Assembly: GCA_963847585.1 (NCBI GenBank)
Contig: CAWKAQ010000011.1
Span: 89,771-153,770, forward strand
Reading direction: 5' to 3'
DNA: 64,000 nt
Source: an uncultured beta proteobacterium
Lineage (GTDB): Bacteria; Pseudomonadota; Gammaproteobacteria; Burkholderiales; Casimicrobiaceae
Part shown: positions 1-10,547 of the stretch, piece after piece
Numbering within the stretch: the first letter of the stretch is position 1
Layout: each line of letters starts with the position of its first letter
Made by a program: the position numbers and the translations under genes
The notes under the pieces: generated by a model
The model's database searches: none
What the model saw: only the letters and a program-made list of their open reading frames with translations
Told to the model about the DNA's origin: nothing

Positions 1-421
1 GGCGGTGCCGGCCGAAGGCGTCGACGCGGTCAAGACCTTCGTCATCGACTGCGTGCTCGATGCCGGCGGCAAGACCTGTCCGCCGACGATCGTCGGCGTC
101 GGCGTCGGCGGCACCGCCGACCTGTGCGTGCACCTGGCCAAGATCGCCGCGACGCGGCCGCTGGGCACGCATTGCGCCGATGCCGAGGGCGCGAAACTCG
201 AGGACGAGCTCTCGCACGCGGTCAACATGCTCGGCGTCGGACCGCAGGGCCTGGGCGGCGACTCGACGGCGTTCGCCGTGCACGTCGAGCTCGCCGCGAC
301 GCATATCACGATGAACCCGGTCGCGGTGAACATGCAGTGCCATTCGGCGCGGCGGGCAGCGCGGCGATTACCACTGCCGGCGTCAGTTACGGCTTCTGAA
401 GCATGGCGCACCACGATCTGA
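1..421 (+). CDS. Fe-S hydro-lyase alpha-type subunit (class I fumarate hydratase / L(+)-tartrate dehydratase family), C-terminal part; 5' end outside window
   Basis: ORF 5..421 has VGVGVGGTADLC, GVGPQGLGGDSTAFAVHVELAATH and NMQCHSARR, typical of the alpha-type subunit, and is followed directly by the beta-type subunit. The tail is ambiguous. Frame 1 reads ...AAITTAGVSYGF with a stop at 397..399, 3 nt before the next ATG, so a frame break near 350-365 is possible. Confidence 0.6.
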   Translation, partial: AVPAEGVDAVKTFVIDCVLDAGGKTCPPTIVGVGVGGTADLCVHLAKIAATRPLGTHCADAEGAKLEDELSHAVNMLGVGPQGLGGDSTAFAVHVELAATHITMNPVAVNMQCHSARRAARRLPLPASVTASEAWRTTI

Positions 422-1026
422 CGACGCCGATCACCGAGGCGCAAGCGCGCGCGCTGCGAATCGACGATTCCGTCACCTTGAACGGGCCGCTGTTCGGCAT
501 TCGCGACGCGACGCAAATCGCGATGTTCGATCGCGGCCGGGCGACGCGCTTCGATCTCGCCGGCCATGCGGTCATCCACACGGCGCCCAACGTGAAAAAG
601 GTCGAGCGTTCGCCCGAGCATCCAGCCGGCTACGCGCCGCTTTGCATCGGCACGACGACCTCCTCCCGGATGGAGCGCTTCACCCGTCCGTTGCTCGAGC
701 GCTGCGGTGTGCGCCTCGTCATCGGCAAAGGCGGGCTCGGCGCGGCATCGCTCGCGGCGTTCGGCGAGCTCGGCGGCGCCTACCTGGCGATCGTCGGCGG
801 CACCGCGGCACTCGAGACGACCTGGATCGAAGCGATCGAGGACGTCGATCTCGACGACCTCAATCCCGAGAGCTTGTGGCGATTTCGGGTCCGCGGCTTC
901 GGCCCCCTGCGCGTGGCGATGGATAGCCACGGCGGCAGCCTGTACACGTCGGTCGATGCCGATGCGCGCGGCAAGCGCGCAGCGGCGCTCGCGGCGCTCG
1001 GCGTCAATCCCCGCCCGGCACGCTGA
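403..1026 (+). CDS. Fe-S hydro-lyase beta-type subunit (fumarate hydratase / tartrate dehydratase beta family)
   Basis: 207-aa ORF with ATG at 403. LNGPLFGIRDATQIAMF, HAVIHTAPNV, CIGTTTSSRME and VIGKGGLG fit the beta-type catalytic domain. It is adjacent to the alpha-type subunit, and its stop abuts the next start (TGAATG at 1024..1029). Confidence 0.65.
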   Translation: MAHHDLTTPITEAQARALRIDDSVTLNGPLFGIRDATQIAMFDRGRATRFDLAGHAVIHTAPNVKKVERSPEHPAGYAPLCIGTTTSSRMERFTRPLLERCGVRLVIGKGGLGAASLAAFGELGGAYLAIVGGTAALETTWIEAIEDVDLDDLNPESLWRFRVRGFGPLRVAMDSHGGSLYTSVDADARGKRAAALAALGVNPRPAR

Positions 1027-2756
1027 ATGCGCCGGTTCAAGAGCGACATCCTGATCCTCGGCTCGGGCGGCGCGGGCTTGTTCGCGGCGCTGCATGCTCA
1101 CGCCGCCGACCCGTCGCTGTCGATCGCGATCGCCGTCAAGGGTCTGCTCGGCAAATGCGGCTGCACGCGCATGGTGCAGGGCGGCTACAACGTCGCGCTC
1201 GCCGCCGGCGATTCGGTCGAGCGACACTTCATGGACACGATCGAAGGCGGCAAGTGGCTCCCCGACCAGGATCTCGCCTGGGCGCTGGTCAACGGCGCGA
1301 TCGAGCGCATGCACGAGCTCGAGAACGAGCTCGGCTGCTTTTTCGACCGCAATGCCGACGGAACCGTCCACCAGAAGGCGTTTGCCGGACAGACGTTCGA
1401 CCGCACGGTGCACAAAGGCGACCTGACCGGCATCGAGATCATCAACCGGCTGTCCGAGCAGGTGTGGGCGCGCGGCATCGCCCGGCTGGAAGAGCATCGC
1501 GCGCTCGAGTTCATTCTCACCGCCGACGGCTCGGCGCTGGCGGCGGTGCTGCTGGTCGACATGCGCACCGGCGAATACGTGCTCGCCGAAGCGAAGGCGG
1601 TGCTGCTCGCCACGGGCGGCGGCCCGACGATGTATCGGTACCACACGCCGTCGGGCGACAAGAGCTGCGACGGCCTGGCGATGGCGCTGTCCGCGGGCCT
1701 GCCGCTGCGCGACATGGAAATGGTGCAGTTTCATCCGACCGGACTGCTCGCCGGCCCGCATACGCGGATGACCGGCACCGTGCTCGAGGAGGGCCTGCGC
1801 GGCGCCGGCGGCTATCTGCTCGACGGGCGCGGCGTGCGCTTCATGCAAAGCGTCGATCCGCGTGCCGAGCGCGCCACGCGCGATATCGTCTCGCGCGCGA
1901 TCGATGCCGAAATGCGCGCCGGGCGCACGACACCGCACGGCGGCGTCTGGCTGTCGATGGCGCATCTGGGCGCCGAAAATGTGCGGCGGCAGTTCAAGGG
2001 GATGGTCGAGCGCTGCGCCGATTGCGGCTTCGACCTCGCCGACCGCGTCGAAGTCGTGCCGACCGCGCATTACATGATGGGCGGCGTCGAGTTCGCCGCC
2101 GATTGCACGACGGCGCTGCGCGGATTGTTCGTCGCCGGCGAGGATTCGGGCGGCGTTCACGGCGCCAACCGGCTGGGCGGCAACGGCGTGGCCAATTCGA
2201 CGGTGTTCGGCGCGATCGCCGGCGATGCGATGGCGGCCTGGGTCGCGCGCGAAGGCGCGTTTCGCGATGCCGATAGCGCGTCGATCCAGGCGGCGCTCGA
2301 CCGGGCCGAGGCGCCGTTCGGCCGGGGCGAGGACGCCGACCTGGACGCGATCCGCGAGCGTTTGTTCGCGACGATGTGGGACGACGCGGGCATCGTGCGC
2401 GACTCCCTCGGCCTCGCGCGCGCCGCCACCACGCTGGAGACGCTCGCCGATGAACTCGGCGCCTATGCGCTACCCGCCGGGGCGCGCGAACGGGCTTTCA
2501 ACCTGAGCTGGCACGACTGGCTCAACCTGGGGAGCCTGGTCGAGGTCAGCCGTGCGATCGTCGCGGCCGCCGCCGCGCGGCGCGAATCGCGGGGCGCGCA
2601 TTTTCGCGCCGATTATCCCGATACCGGGGACCTGGCCGCGTCGGCCTACACGCGCGTGCGCCGGCAGGAACGGCCGGGAAACTCGCCGTCGACGCCGTGC
2701 CGGTGCGGTTCACGCGGGTCAAGCCCGGCGAATCGCTCCTCTCGACATCGAGCTAG
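1027..2756 (+). CDS. FAD flavoprotein of the succinate dehydrogenase / fumarate reductase / L-aspartate oxidase family (frame break near 2670-2678)
   Basis: Dinucleotide fold DILILGSGGAGLFAA, then ANRLGGNGVANS and RESRGAHFRADYP. After ~2670 a plausible tail (KLAVDAVPVRFTRVKPGESLL, stop 2754..2756) continues in frame 3. The listed 647-aa ORF instead runs on as Arg/Ser-rich read-through. Confidence 0.7.
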
Positions 2757-2858
2757 CGGCGAAGCGGCAGCCGCCGCGAGCCGGCGGCAGGCGCGGCCGT
2801 CATACGGGTGTCATCTGCACAGGGCAAGAATGGGGTCAAGACTTCGAGAAGGCACGCT

Positions 2859-3191
2859 ATGGCTGTCCGCGCCGAGGGTTACTGCCGGATCATGGAGCAG
2901 CTCGGGGAGAAGCAGGATTTCGAAGCGGAGCTCAGCCGGCTCGGGTATCGGCACGAGGATTTCTCGTTGATGGTCCGTCGCGCGCAGCTGTCCGGGCCGG
3001 TCGACGGGTGGACCGCAAGCTACACCGTCTGCGTGACCGATCTGCGGACGTCGCGCTCGAATGTCTACTGGGGAGGCCCCCGCATGCATTGGGTCGCGCA
3101 GTTCGCGTCCGATCTCGCGCGTGGGTTCTTCGGCGAGCCGCGAATACTCCGTGCGTCTCCGGTCCCCTGGCGCGAGCGCGCCGGCGGATAA
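2859..3191 (+). CDS. hypothetical small protein (about 110 aa)
   Basis: ORF 2808..3191. The internal ATG at 2859 has a GAAGG-like Shine-Dalgarno 8 nt upstream (MAVRAEGYCRIMEQLGEKQDFEAELSRLGYRHEDF...). I recognise no family. Composition is less Arg/Ala-skewed than the shadow ORFs. Confidence 0.3.
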   Translation: MAVRAEGYCRIMEQLGEKQDFEAELSRLGYRHEDFSLMVRRAQLSGPVDGWTASYTVCVTDLRTSRSNVYWGGPRMHWVAQFASDLARGFFGEPRILRASPVPWRERAGG

Positions 3192-3207
3192 ACCGCCTAG
3201 GTTGCTC

Positions 3208-5348
3208 TCAGTTCGCTGACGCGCGACGGCGCGTGAGCTCCATCAGCCAGGCCTGAGTGCCTGCGGTGACTGCTCCTTTGCCATCCGGCGGTACCTGCTG
3301 CTGACGGTAGGTTCCGTCCGGCTGCATTACCCACGCCTGTCGGCTGTCCTCGAGGCATGCCTGCAGTATTTCCCAAAGCCGCTCGCGCAGCGGCCGGCCG
3401 TTGATAGGAGTGGCCGCTTCCACCCTTTGCGAAAGATTGCGCATCATCCAGTCGGCGGAGCCTATGTAGAACTCGCCGGCAAGCGGATCCTCCTCGCCAT
3501 TGGAGAAATAGAAGATGCGCGAGTGCTCGAGGAACCGGCCGATGATCGAACGCACGCGAACGTTGTCGGTCCAGCCCGCAACGCCGGCGCGAAGACAACA
3601 GAAACCGCGGACGATCAAGTCGATCTTGACGCCTGCGCGCGAAGCCGCCACCAGCGCCGAAGTGATCTCCAGATCGTCGACCTGGTTGAGCTTGGCGATG
3701 ATATGGCCCGTCCGACCCGCTTCGCAGTGCGCGGCTTCGCGCTCGATCATCTCCAGGAAGCGTTGCCGCATGTTCATCGGCGCGACCAGCAGTTTCTGGA
3801 ATTGCGGTCCCTGCGAATGGCCGGTCAGGTAATGAAACAGGTTGACGATGTCGGCCGTTATCGCCGGATCCGCGGTAAGGAGCCCGACATCGGTGTAGGA
3901 GCGCGCCGTCTTGACGTGATAGTTGCCGGTGCCGATATGCGCGTAGCAGCGCAGCCCCATCCCGTGCTGGAGCACGACCAGCGCGATCTTGGTGTGAGTC
4001 TTGAGTCCGAGTACGCCGTAGGTTACGTGTGCGCCGACTTTTTCGAGCTGTTGCGCCCAGTGCAGGTTGCGCGCTTCATCGAATCGTGCGGTCAGCTCGA
4101 TGACGCAGGCGACCTGCTTCCCCGCTTCAGCGGTCTGGACCAGCGAGCGCACGAACGGCGTGTCGTCGCCGACGCGATAGACGGTCATCTTGATCGCGAG
4201 CGTCCGGGGGTCGTCGGCCGCCTGATGGATAAAGCGTTCGACGCTCGAATCGAAGCTCTCGTACGGATGGTGGATCAGGATGTCGCCGGCATCGATTGCG
4301 GTGAAGATATCGGACTCCGCCTCGGCGAGCCGGGTGACGGGCTGCGGAATCCACGACAGGGTCGCGCAATGCCGGAATGTCGAGCGCGGCGATCTGAAAC
4401 AGGTCGGGGTAATCGAGCATGCCCGGCAGCTCGAACACGTCGACATCGGTCAGTTCGAACCGCTCCATCAAGGCGAGGCGGACGGCCGGATCGGCATTGG
4501 GGCCGAAATCCACGCGGACGACCGGCTCGAATCGCCTCTGCCGGACGGCGTCGGTGACGACGTCGCGAAGACTCTCGCCTTCGTCGTCCTCGAGGTCCAT
4601 TTCCGCGTTGCGCAGGATCCGGAACAAGGTGCCGGAAATGATCGTCATCCCGGGCAGCAACTTGTTCGCGCTGCGGTAAATCAGTTCCTCGAGCGCGAGA
4701 AAACGCCGCTGATCGGATGGAACGTCGGCTTTGAGCTCGAACCACGCCGGAAGCTCCGGCGGAATCTTGACCCGCACCATCCGTGCTTCGATCGACTCCT
4801 CGCTGGCGATGACGAACGCCCAGTTGGTCGACAAGTTCGACATGAACGGGAAAGGATGGGTGGGGTCGAAGCTCAGCGGGGTGAGCGCCGGTGAGACATG
4901 GCTGTCGAAATACGACGCTTGCCTCTTCCGCCTGCGCCGGGCTGAGCTGTTCCCACGTTGCGATGACGATGCCGTGCGCAGCGAGCAACGGCAGCAGCGC
5001 CTTGTAGCAATCTGCCTGCTCGTCCAGCATTTTCAGGACGATGCCTCGTATCGCGAGCAGGCGAGTACGCGCGTCCCCCTCGCGGGAGAGCGGGTCTTCG
5101 CGGTCCTCGATCAACGCCTTGCCGCGAAACATCCCCACGCGTTTCATGAAAAACTCGTCCAGATTCGACGTCACGATCGCAAGGAACTTGAGCCGTTCGA
5201 GCAATGGCGTGCGCTCATCGAACGCCTCGTGCAGGACGCGTTCGTTGAATGCGAGCCACCCGAGGTCGCGATCGAGCCAGGCATGCTCGAGCAATGCCTT
5301 GCGGTCGATCGTCCCGCGGAGTGCGGACTCGGTGGTGCGGTCGTTCAT
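3208..5348 (-). CDS. ppk: polyphosphate kinase 1 (two frame breaks, about 4913 and 4360)
   Basis: Three overlapping minus ORFs join into one PPK1. N-terminal part: NERVLHEAFDERTPLLERLKFLAIVTSNLDEFFMKRV. Middle part: YFDSHVSPALTPLSFDPTHPFPFMSNLS. C-terminal part: ILIHHPYESFDSSVERFI and LKTHTKIALVV. Each junction is explained by one extra base. The ATG is at 5348..5346. Confidence 0.85.
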
Positions 5349-5692
5349 CGGATCCTCGGCGGCGACGAGTTCTCCTGAGTCGCGCGGTTGTCGCTGGAAG
5401 TTGCGCTTTCTTCCGGCAGAGGGTTCATCGGGTGCCGCCCAACGAGGGCCTCGCGCGCCCGCCGGCTCGCGAACAATGCCACGTAATCGGTCACTCGGGC
5501 GGTTTGTTTCAGCCGCGCAAATTCTGATTCGTAGGCGTCCTTGACTTCGGACACCGGGCAACTCAACTCCTCGGCAAGCGCTTCGATTGCATGTTTCGCT
5601 GGTTCGTCCGAGTCGCTGCGATCTAAATTCACGGAAGACTCCACAGAAGGTTGCTCGATTGATGATTGGACCCGCGTACCGGCGCGTTGCAT
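5345..5692 (-). CDS. small acidic protein, DUF3562-like, translationally coupled to ppk
   Basis: 115-aa ORF. The core HAIEALAEELSCPVSEVKDAYESEFARLKQTARVTDYVALFASRRAREAL resembles, from memory, the DUF3562 family of Burkholderiales. Its TGA overlaps the ppk ATG (ATGA at 5348..5345). The true start is uncertain. Confidence 0.4.
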   Translation of the reverse strand: MQRAGTRVQSSIEQPSVESSVNLDRSDSDEPAKHAIEALAEELSCPVSEVKDAYESEFARLKQTARVTDYVALFASRRAREALVGRHPMNPLPEESATSSDNRATQENSSPPRIR

Positions 5693-5824
5693 CCCGGCTG
5701 GATACCGTGTTCGAGACCGGATGCAAGCGTCAATACTCTACCCGGAAATGGGGCGATTGCACACGCAGGCCAATCTAAGAAAATCGTCACAGAATTGCAA
5801 CATTCAGCGAAGCGCCGCAGGGCG

Positions 5825-5842
5825 GTGTAATCGCACTGTAAT
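5825..5842 (+). promoter_or_regulatory. Pho box (PhoB binding site) at the -35 position of the pstS promoter
   Basis: GTGTAAT-CGCA-CTGTAAT is two 7-bp direct repeats with 11-bp periodicity (consensus CTGTCAT-A(A/T)A(T/A)-CTGTCA(C/T)). It sits 10 bp upstream of a -10-like CACAAT (5853..5858), upstream of pstS, in a locus that also encodes phoB and phoR. Confidence 0.5.
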
Positions 5843-5888
5843 ACTCGGGTCTCACAATCCGGGCATGACACCAAGACGAGGAAACAAA

Positions 5889-6941
5889 GTGCGAGACACC
5901 AGATCGAAATTCCATCTGCTGGCGGCAGTGGTTGCGGCTGGCCTGCTGGCGGCCGTGTCGGCACAGGCGATGGACATCACCGGCGCCGGCGCGACCTTTC
6001 CGTATCCGATCTATGCGAAATGGGCGGAGGCGTACCGGGCGAAGACCGGCGTGGGCTTGAACTATCAGTCTATCGGCTCCGGCGGCGGAATAAAGCAGAT
6101 TCAGAACAAGACGGTCGACTTCGGCGCGTCGGACATGCCGATGAAGCCCGAAGAACTGGACAAGGACGGCCTGTTGCAGTTTCCGACCGTCATTGGCGGC
6201 GACGTGCCCGTCATGAACCTGGAAGGCGTGGGAGCGGGGCAACTGAAGCTGACCGGTCCCATGCTCGCCGATATCTATCTGGGCAAGATCACCAAGTGGA
6301 ATGACGCTGCGATCACCAAGCTGAACCCGACCCTCAAGATGCCCGATTCGGAAATCACCGTCGTGCACCGTTCGGACGGCTCGGGCACGACCTTCATCTG
6401 GGTGAATTACCTGTCGAAGGTCAGCCCGGAGTGGAAGGAGAAGGTCGGCGAGGGCACGTCGGTCGCGTGGCCGGCAGGCGTCGGAGGCAAGGGGAACGAA
6501 GGCGTGGCCTCGTACGTGCAACGCGTCAAGGGCTCGATCGGTTATGTCGAGTATGCGTACGCCTTGCAGAACAAGATGAACTACGCGCAGATGCAGAACC
6601 GCGACGGCGCTTTCGTCAGCCCGTCGGCCGACACCTTCAAGGCCGCGGCGGCCGGCGCCGACTGGAGCAAAGCGCCGGGCTATTATCTGGTGCTGACCGA
6701 CCAGCCGGGCAAGAATTCCTGGCCGATTTCGGGTGCGACGTTCATCCTGATGTACAAGAGCCAGGCCAAGCCCGAAACGGCGAAGGAAGTGCTGAAGTTC
6801 TTCGATTGGGCCTATTCGCCGGAAGGCGACAAGCTGGCCGGTGCTCTCGACTATGTGCCGCTGCCGGACGCCGTCACCAACCAGATCCGGACCACCTGGA
6901 AGTCGCAGATCAAGGACGCTTCCGGGAAGCCGGTATTCTGA
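5889..6941 (+). CDS. pstS: phosphate ABC transporter periplasmic phosphate-binding protein
   Basis: GTG at 5889 lies 5 nt after GAGGAA. An in-frame ATG at 5865 is an alternative, but it lies inside the predicted promoter. Signal peptide [18 protein letters not shown], then [20 protein letters not shown] and [14 protein letters not shown]. Confidence 0.9.
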   Translation: MRDTRSKFHLLAAVVAAGLLAAVSAQAMDITGAGATFPYPIYAKWAEAYRAKTGVGLNYQSIGSGGGIKQIQNKTVDFGASDMPMKPEELDKDGLLQFPTVIGGDVPVMNLEGVGAGQLKLTGPMLADIYLGKITKWNDAAITKLNPTLKMPDSEITVVHRSDGSGTTFIWVNYLSKVSPEWKEKVGEGTSVAWPAGVGGKGNEGVASYVQRVKGSIGYVEYAYALQNKMNYAQMQNRDGAFVSPSADTFKAAAAGADWSKAPGYYLVLTDQPGKNSWPISGATFILMYKSQAKPETAKEVLKFFDWAYSPEGDKLAGALDYVPLPDAVTNQIRTTWKSQIKDASGKPVF

Positions 6942-7171
6942 TAGTCTGGCGGCCAAAAGCGTCCGCGTACCCGGCGCCCGGCAGACCCGCCACCGCCACG
7001 TTCTTTCCAATAGGCGCTGCTCCCGGCCGCCGCGCCGTTTCGGGAGCGGCGCGGCTGGCCGACGATTACGCCGAGGGTGACGTGCACACACCGGTCATGC
7101 AGATAATCGCGTCCACCATCCCGGTTACAATCGAGTTGTTGCCACGCACAGCATCTGCGGTCACCTCCAGG

Positions 7172-8122
7172 ATGCCCAAGCCCAAACAGCGAAGCACGCG
7201 GTTTCAGGACGCGCTGTTCCGCTGGTTCACCCGTTCTTTTGCTTTCCTGGTGTTGGCAATCCTGCTGGGGATCATCGTCTCGTTGATCTACGGCAGCCTG
7301 CCGGCGATGCAGAAATTCGGCTTCGGATTTCTGGTCAATGCCGAGTGGAATCCCGTCACCGAGAAGTTCGGCGCGCTGGTGCCGATCGTCGGAACGCTCG
7401 TGACGTCCTTCATTGCGTTGCTGATCGGCGTGCCGGTGAGCTTCGGCATCGCGCTTTTCCTGACCGAGATGTCGCCGCTTTGGCTCAAGCGTCCGCTCGG
7501 AACCGCGATCGAGTTGCTCGCCGCGATTCCAAGCATCATTTACGGGATGTGGGGGCTGTTCGTTCTTGCGCCCCTGTTCGCCGATTACCTGCAGCCGTGG
7601 CTGATTGCAACGCTCGGCGCAGTACCGCTGCTCGGCGCGATGTTCAAAGGGCCTCCTCAAGGCATCGGCGTTCTTACCGCGGGATTCGTTCTTGCGATCA
7701 TGGTGATCCCCTTCATCGCATCGGTGATGCGCGACGTGTTCGAGATTGTTCCCCCGGTGCTGAAGGAGTCGGCGTATGGCATCGGGTGCACGACCTGGGA
7801 GGTGGTTCGCAACGTCGTGCTGCCGTATACCAAGGTCGGCGTCATCGGCGGAATCATGCTCGGTCTCGGGCGGGCACTCGGCGAAACGATGGCCGTGACG
7901 TTTCTGATCGGCAATGCCCACCGCCTGACGGCGTCGATCCTCGCGCCGGGCAACAGCATTGCGTCGGCGCTGGCGAATGAATTCACCGAGGCCGTCGGCG
8001 ATCTGTACACGTCGGCGTTGATCGAACTCGGGTTGATCCTTTTCGTGATCACCTTCATCGTGCTCGCGCTGGCGAAACTGCTTCTGCTGCAACTGGCCAG
8101 AGGCGAAGGCAGAAAGACCTGA
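7172..8122 (+). CDS. pstC: phosphate ABC transporter permease PstC
   Basis: ATG at 7172 within ORF 6431..8122. It is a multi-span membrane protein with the ABC permease motif [17 protein letters not shown], in canonical pstSCAB order. Confidence 0.9.
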   Translation: MPKPKQRSTRFQDALFRWFTRSFAFLVLAILLGIIVSLIYGSLPAMQKFGFGFLVNAEWNPVTEKFGALVPIVGTLVTSFIALLIGVPVSFGIALFLTEMSPLWLKRPLGTAIELLAAIPSIIYGMWGLFVLAPLFADYLQPWLIATLGAVPLLGAMFKGPPQGIGVLTAGFVLAIMVIPFIASVMRDVFEIVPPVLKESAYGIGCTTWEVVRNVVLPYTKVGVIGGIMLGLGRALGETMAVTFLIGNAHRLTASILAPGNSIASALANEFTEAVGDLYTSALIELGLILFVITFIVLALAKLLLLQLARGEGRKT

Positions 8123-8135
8123 TGAGGTCGATGCG

Positions 8136-8978
8136 ATGAAGTCACTCTATTCCCGTCGGCTGCTCGTGAATCGCTTCAATCTCGCCATGTCGATGATGAC
8201 GATGGCGTTCGGGTTGTTTTTTCTGCTGTGGATTCTGTACACGTTGTTCGCAGCGGGTTTTCAGGCTTTCAGCGTCGCGCTTTTCACACAGATGACGCCC
8301 CCGCCGGGCAGCAAAGGCGGGCTGCTCAATGCGATCATGGGCAGCCTGCTGATGGCGACGATGGGCACGCTGATCGGCACGCCCGTTGGGATCTTCGCCG
8401 GGATCTACCTTGCCGAATACGGCAACCGGGGCTGGCTGGCGCCGGTCACCCGGTTCATCAACGACATCCTGCTGTCGGCGCCGTCGATCGTCATCGGGCT
8501 GTTCATTTACGAGATGTACGTCTTCCAGGTCGGCCATTTCTCGGCGTGGGCGGGGTCCCTGGCGCTGGCGTTGATCGTGATTCCGGTGGTCGTTCGCACG
8601 ACCGAGAACATGCTCAGACTCGTTCCCGACAGCCTGCGCGAAGCGGCGGTGGCTCTTGGTACGCCGCAATGGAAAATGATCCTGATGGTGACCCTGAAGG
8701 CGGTCCGCGCCGGCGTCATCACCGGAATCCTGCTCGCGATCGCGAGAATCTCGGGCGAAACCGCGCCGCTGCTGTTCACCGCCTTGAACAACCAGTTCTG
8801 GACAACCAACCTCAACGCGCCGATGTCGAATCTGCCGGTGGTGATTTTCCAGTTCGCGATGAGCCCGTACAGCGACTGGCAGGAACTCGCCTGGGCTGGT
8901 GCGCTGCTTATCACGCTGACAGTGCTGGTGCTCAACATCGTGGCGCGTCTGTTCTTTCGACAGACGGCAGCCAAGTGA
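8136..8978 (+). CDS. pstA: phosphate ABC transporter permease PstA
   Basis: 280-aa ORF, membrane protein, with the permease motif [15 protein letters not shown]. Position is between pstC and pstB. Confidence 0.9.
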   Translation: MKSLYSRRLLVNRFNLAMSMMTMAFGLFFLLWILYTLFAAGFQAFSVALFTQMTPPPGSKGGLLNAIMGSLLMATMGTLIGTPVGIFAGIYLAEYGNRGWLAPVTRFINDILLSAPSIVIGLFIYEMYVFQVGHFSAWAGSLALALIVIPVVVRTTENMLRLVPDSLREAAVALGTPQWKMILMVTLKAVRAGVITGILLAIARISGETAPLLFTALNNQFWTTNLNAPMSNLPVVIFQFAMSPYSDWQELAWAGALLITLTVLVLNIVARLFFRQTAAK

Positions 8979-8994
8979 AATCCGGAGCCTTTAG

Positions 8995-9807
8995 ATGAAC
9001 CTCGAAGCTGTCGCGACTCGCGCCGAGGCGGGCGCCAAGGGTGCCGCATCCCTTCCGGTCAAGATATCGATCCGGCACCTGGATTTCTTTTACGGAAAGT
9101 TCCATGCGCTGAAGGACATCAACCTGGACATCGCCGCCGGTCGCATCACGGCATTCATCGGTCCGTCTGGTTGCGGCAAGTCGACATTGCTTCGGACAAT
9201 GAACCGCATGTATTCGCTTTATCCCGGCCAGCGCGCGACCGGCGAGATCCAGTTCGGCGGCAGGAACCTTCTTCATTCGCGCATCGATCTCAATATGCTT
9301 CGCGCCAAGATCGGCATGGTGTTTCAGAAGCCGACCCCCTTTCCGATGTCGATCTACGACAACATAGCGTTCGGCGTGAGGTTGTACGAGACTATGAGCT
9401 CGCGCGCGATGGACGAACGCGTCGAATGGGCTCTGACCAAGGCGGCGATGTGGGACGAAGCCAAGGACAAGCTGAAACAGAGCGGCATGGCGCTTTCCGG
9501 CGGCCAGCAGCAGCGGCTGTGCATCGCGCGCGCAGTCGCGGTCAAGCCCGAAATTCTCTTGCTCGACGAGCCGACGTCCGCGCTGGATCCGATATCGACC
9601 GCCAAGATCGAGGAGCTTTTGAGCGAGCTCAAGGCCGACTATACGATCGTCATCGTGACGCACAACATGCAACAGGCCGCGCGCGTCTCGGATTACACTG
9701 CGTACATGTACCTGGGCGAGCTGATCGAGTTTGGCGCGACCGACGAGATATTCCTGAAGCCGAAGCGCAAGGAAACCGAGGATTACATCACCGGCCGGTT
9801 TGGCTGA
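8995..9807 (+). CDS. pstB: phosphate ABC transporter ATP-binding protein
   Basis: 270-aa ORF with Walker [10 protein letters not shown], signature LSGGQQQRL and Walker [13 protein letters not shown]. Confidence 0.95.
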   Translation: MNLEAVATRAEAGAKGAASLPVKISIRHLDFFYGKFHALKDINLDIAAGRITAFIGPSGCGKSTLLRTMNRMYSLYPGQRATGEIQFGGRNLLHSRIDLNMLRAKIGMVFQKPTPFPMSIYDNIAFGVRLYETMSSRAMDERVEWALTKAAMWDEAKDKLKQSGMALSGGQQQRLCIARAVAVKPEILLLDEPTSALDPISTAKIEELLSELKADYTIVIVTHNMQQAARVSDYTAYMYLGELIEFGATDEIFLKPKRKETEDYITGRFG

Positions 9808-9838
9808 TCCGCCGGCACCGCGAAACGAGGACAGGACA

Positions 9839-10543
9839 ATGAGCGATCACACGCACAAGCAGTTCGACGCCGAGATGGAGGAAATACGCTCCGGCGTGCT
9901 GGCGATGGGCGGACTGGTCGAGACGCAGCTCACGCGCGCGATCGATGCGCTCAAGCATCCCGACATATCGACCTGATCGCTTCGGTCGCCGACCGACGAG
10001 CGGGCGATCAATCAGATGCAGGTCAGCATCGACCAGCAGTGCAGCCAGATCATCGCCAAGCGCCAGCCGGCGGCGATCGACCTGCGCATGGTGCTGACGG
10101 TGGTGAAAATCGTCAACGAGCTGGAGCGGATTGGCGACGAGATCAAGAAAATCGCCTACAAGGCGCAGCAGATGCAGCGTCCGGAGCGCCTGTCGAATGT
10201 CCGTTTTCACGAAATCACGCGTGCTGCCGAGCTCGCCGAAAGCAATCTGCAGCTCGCGCTGGACGCCTTCGCCCGCCTCGACGTCAACGCCGCCGCGCAG
10301 GTCGTCAGCAACGACGAGGCGATCGACTCCGCATTCCTGTCGATCCTGCGCCAGCTGATCAGCTACATGATGGAAGACCCGCGCACGATCACTCCTGCGC
10401 TCGAGATCGTCTTCATCGCCAAATCGATCGAGCGCATCGGCGACCACGCGAAAAACGTCGCCGAAAATGTCGTTCACGTGGTCAAGGGCAAGGATGTCCG
10501 CCACGCGACCGCCGAGCAGATCCGCGCCGAGGTGGCGGAATGA
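9839..10543 (+). CDS. phoU: phosphate signalling regulator PhoU (in-frame TGA at 9974..9976 caused by a local out-of-frame stretch)
   Basis: ATG at 9839 follows GAGGA. N-terminus MSDHTHKQFDAEMEEIRSGVLAMGGLVETQL and C-terminal part (ORF 10016..10543: IIAKRQPAAIDLR, ELERIGDEIKKIA, SIERIGDHAKNVAE) are in the same frame. Between ~9966 and ~9994 the PhoU-like residues DLIASVAD read in another frame. Confidence 0.85.
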
Positions 10544-10547
10544 GCCG

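Noticed and set aside
5785-5802. A second Pho box (CGTCACA-GAAT-TGCAACA) upstream of the main one.
   Set aside because: The half-sites match the consensus poorly. The element is 29 nt, not a multiple of 11, from the good box, so it is out of helical phase.
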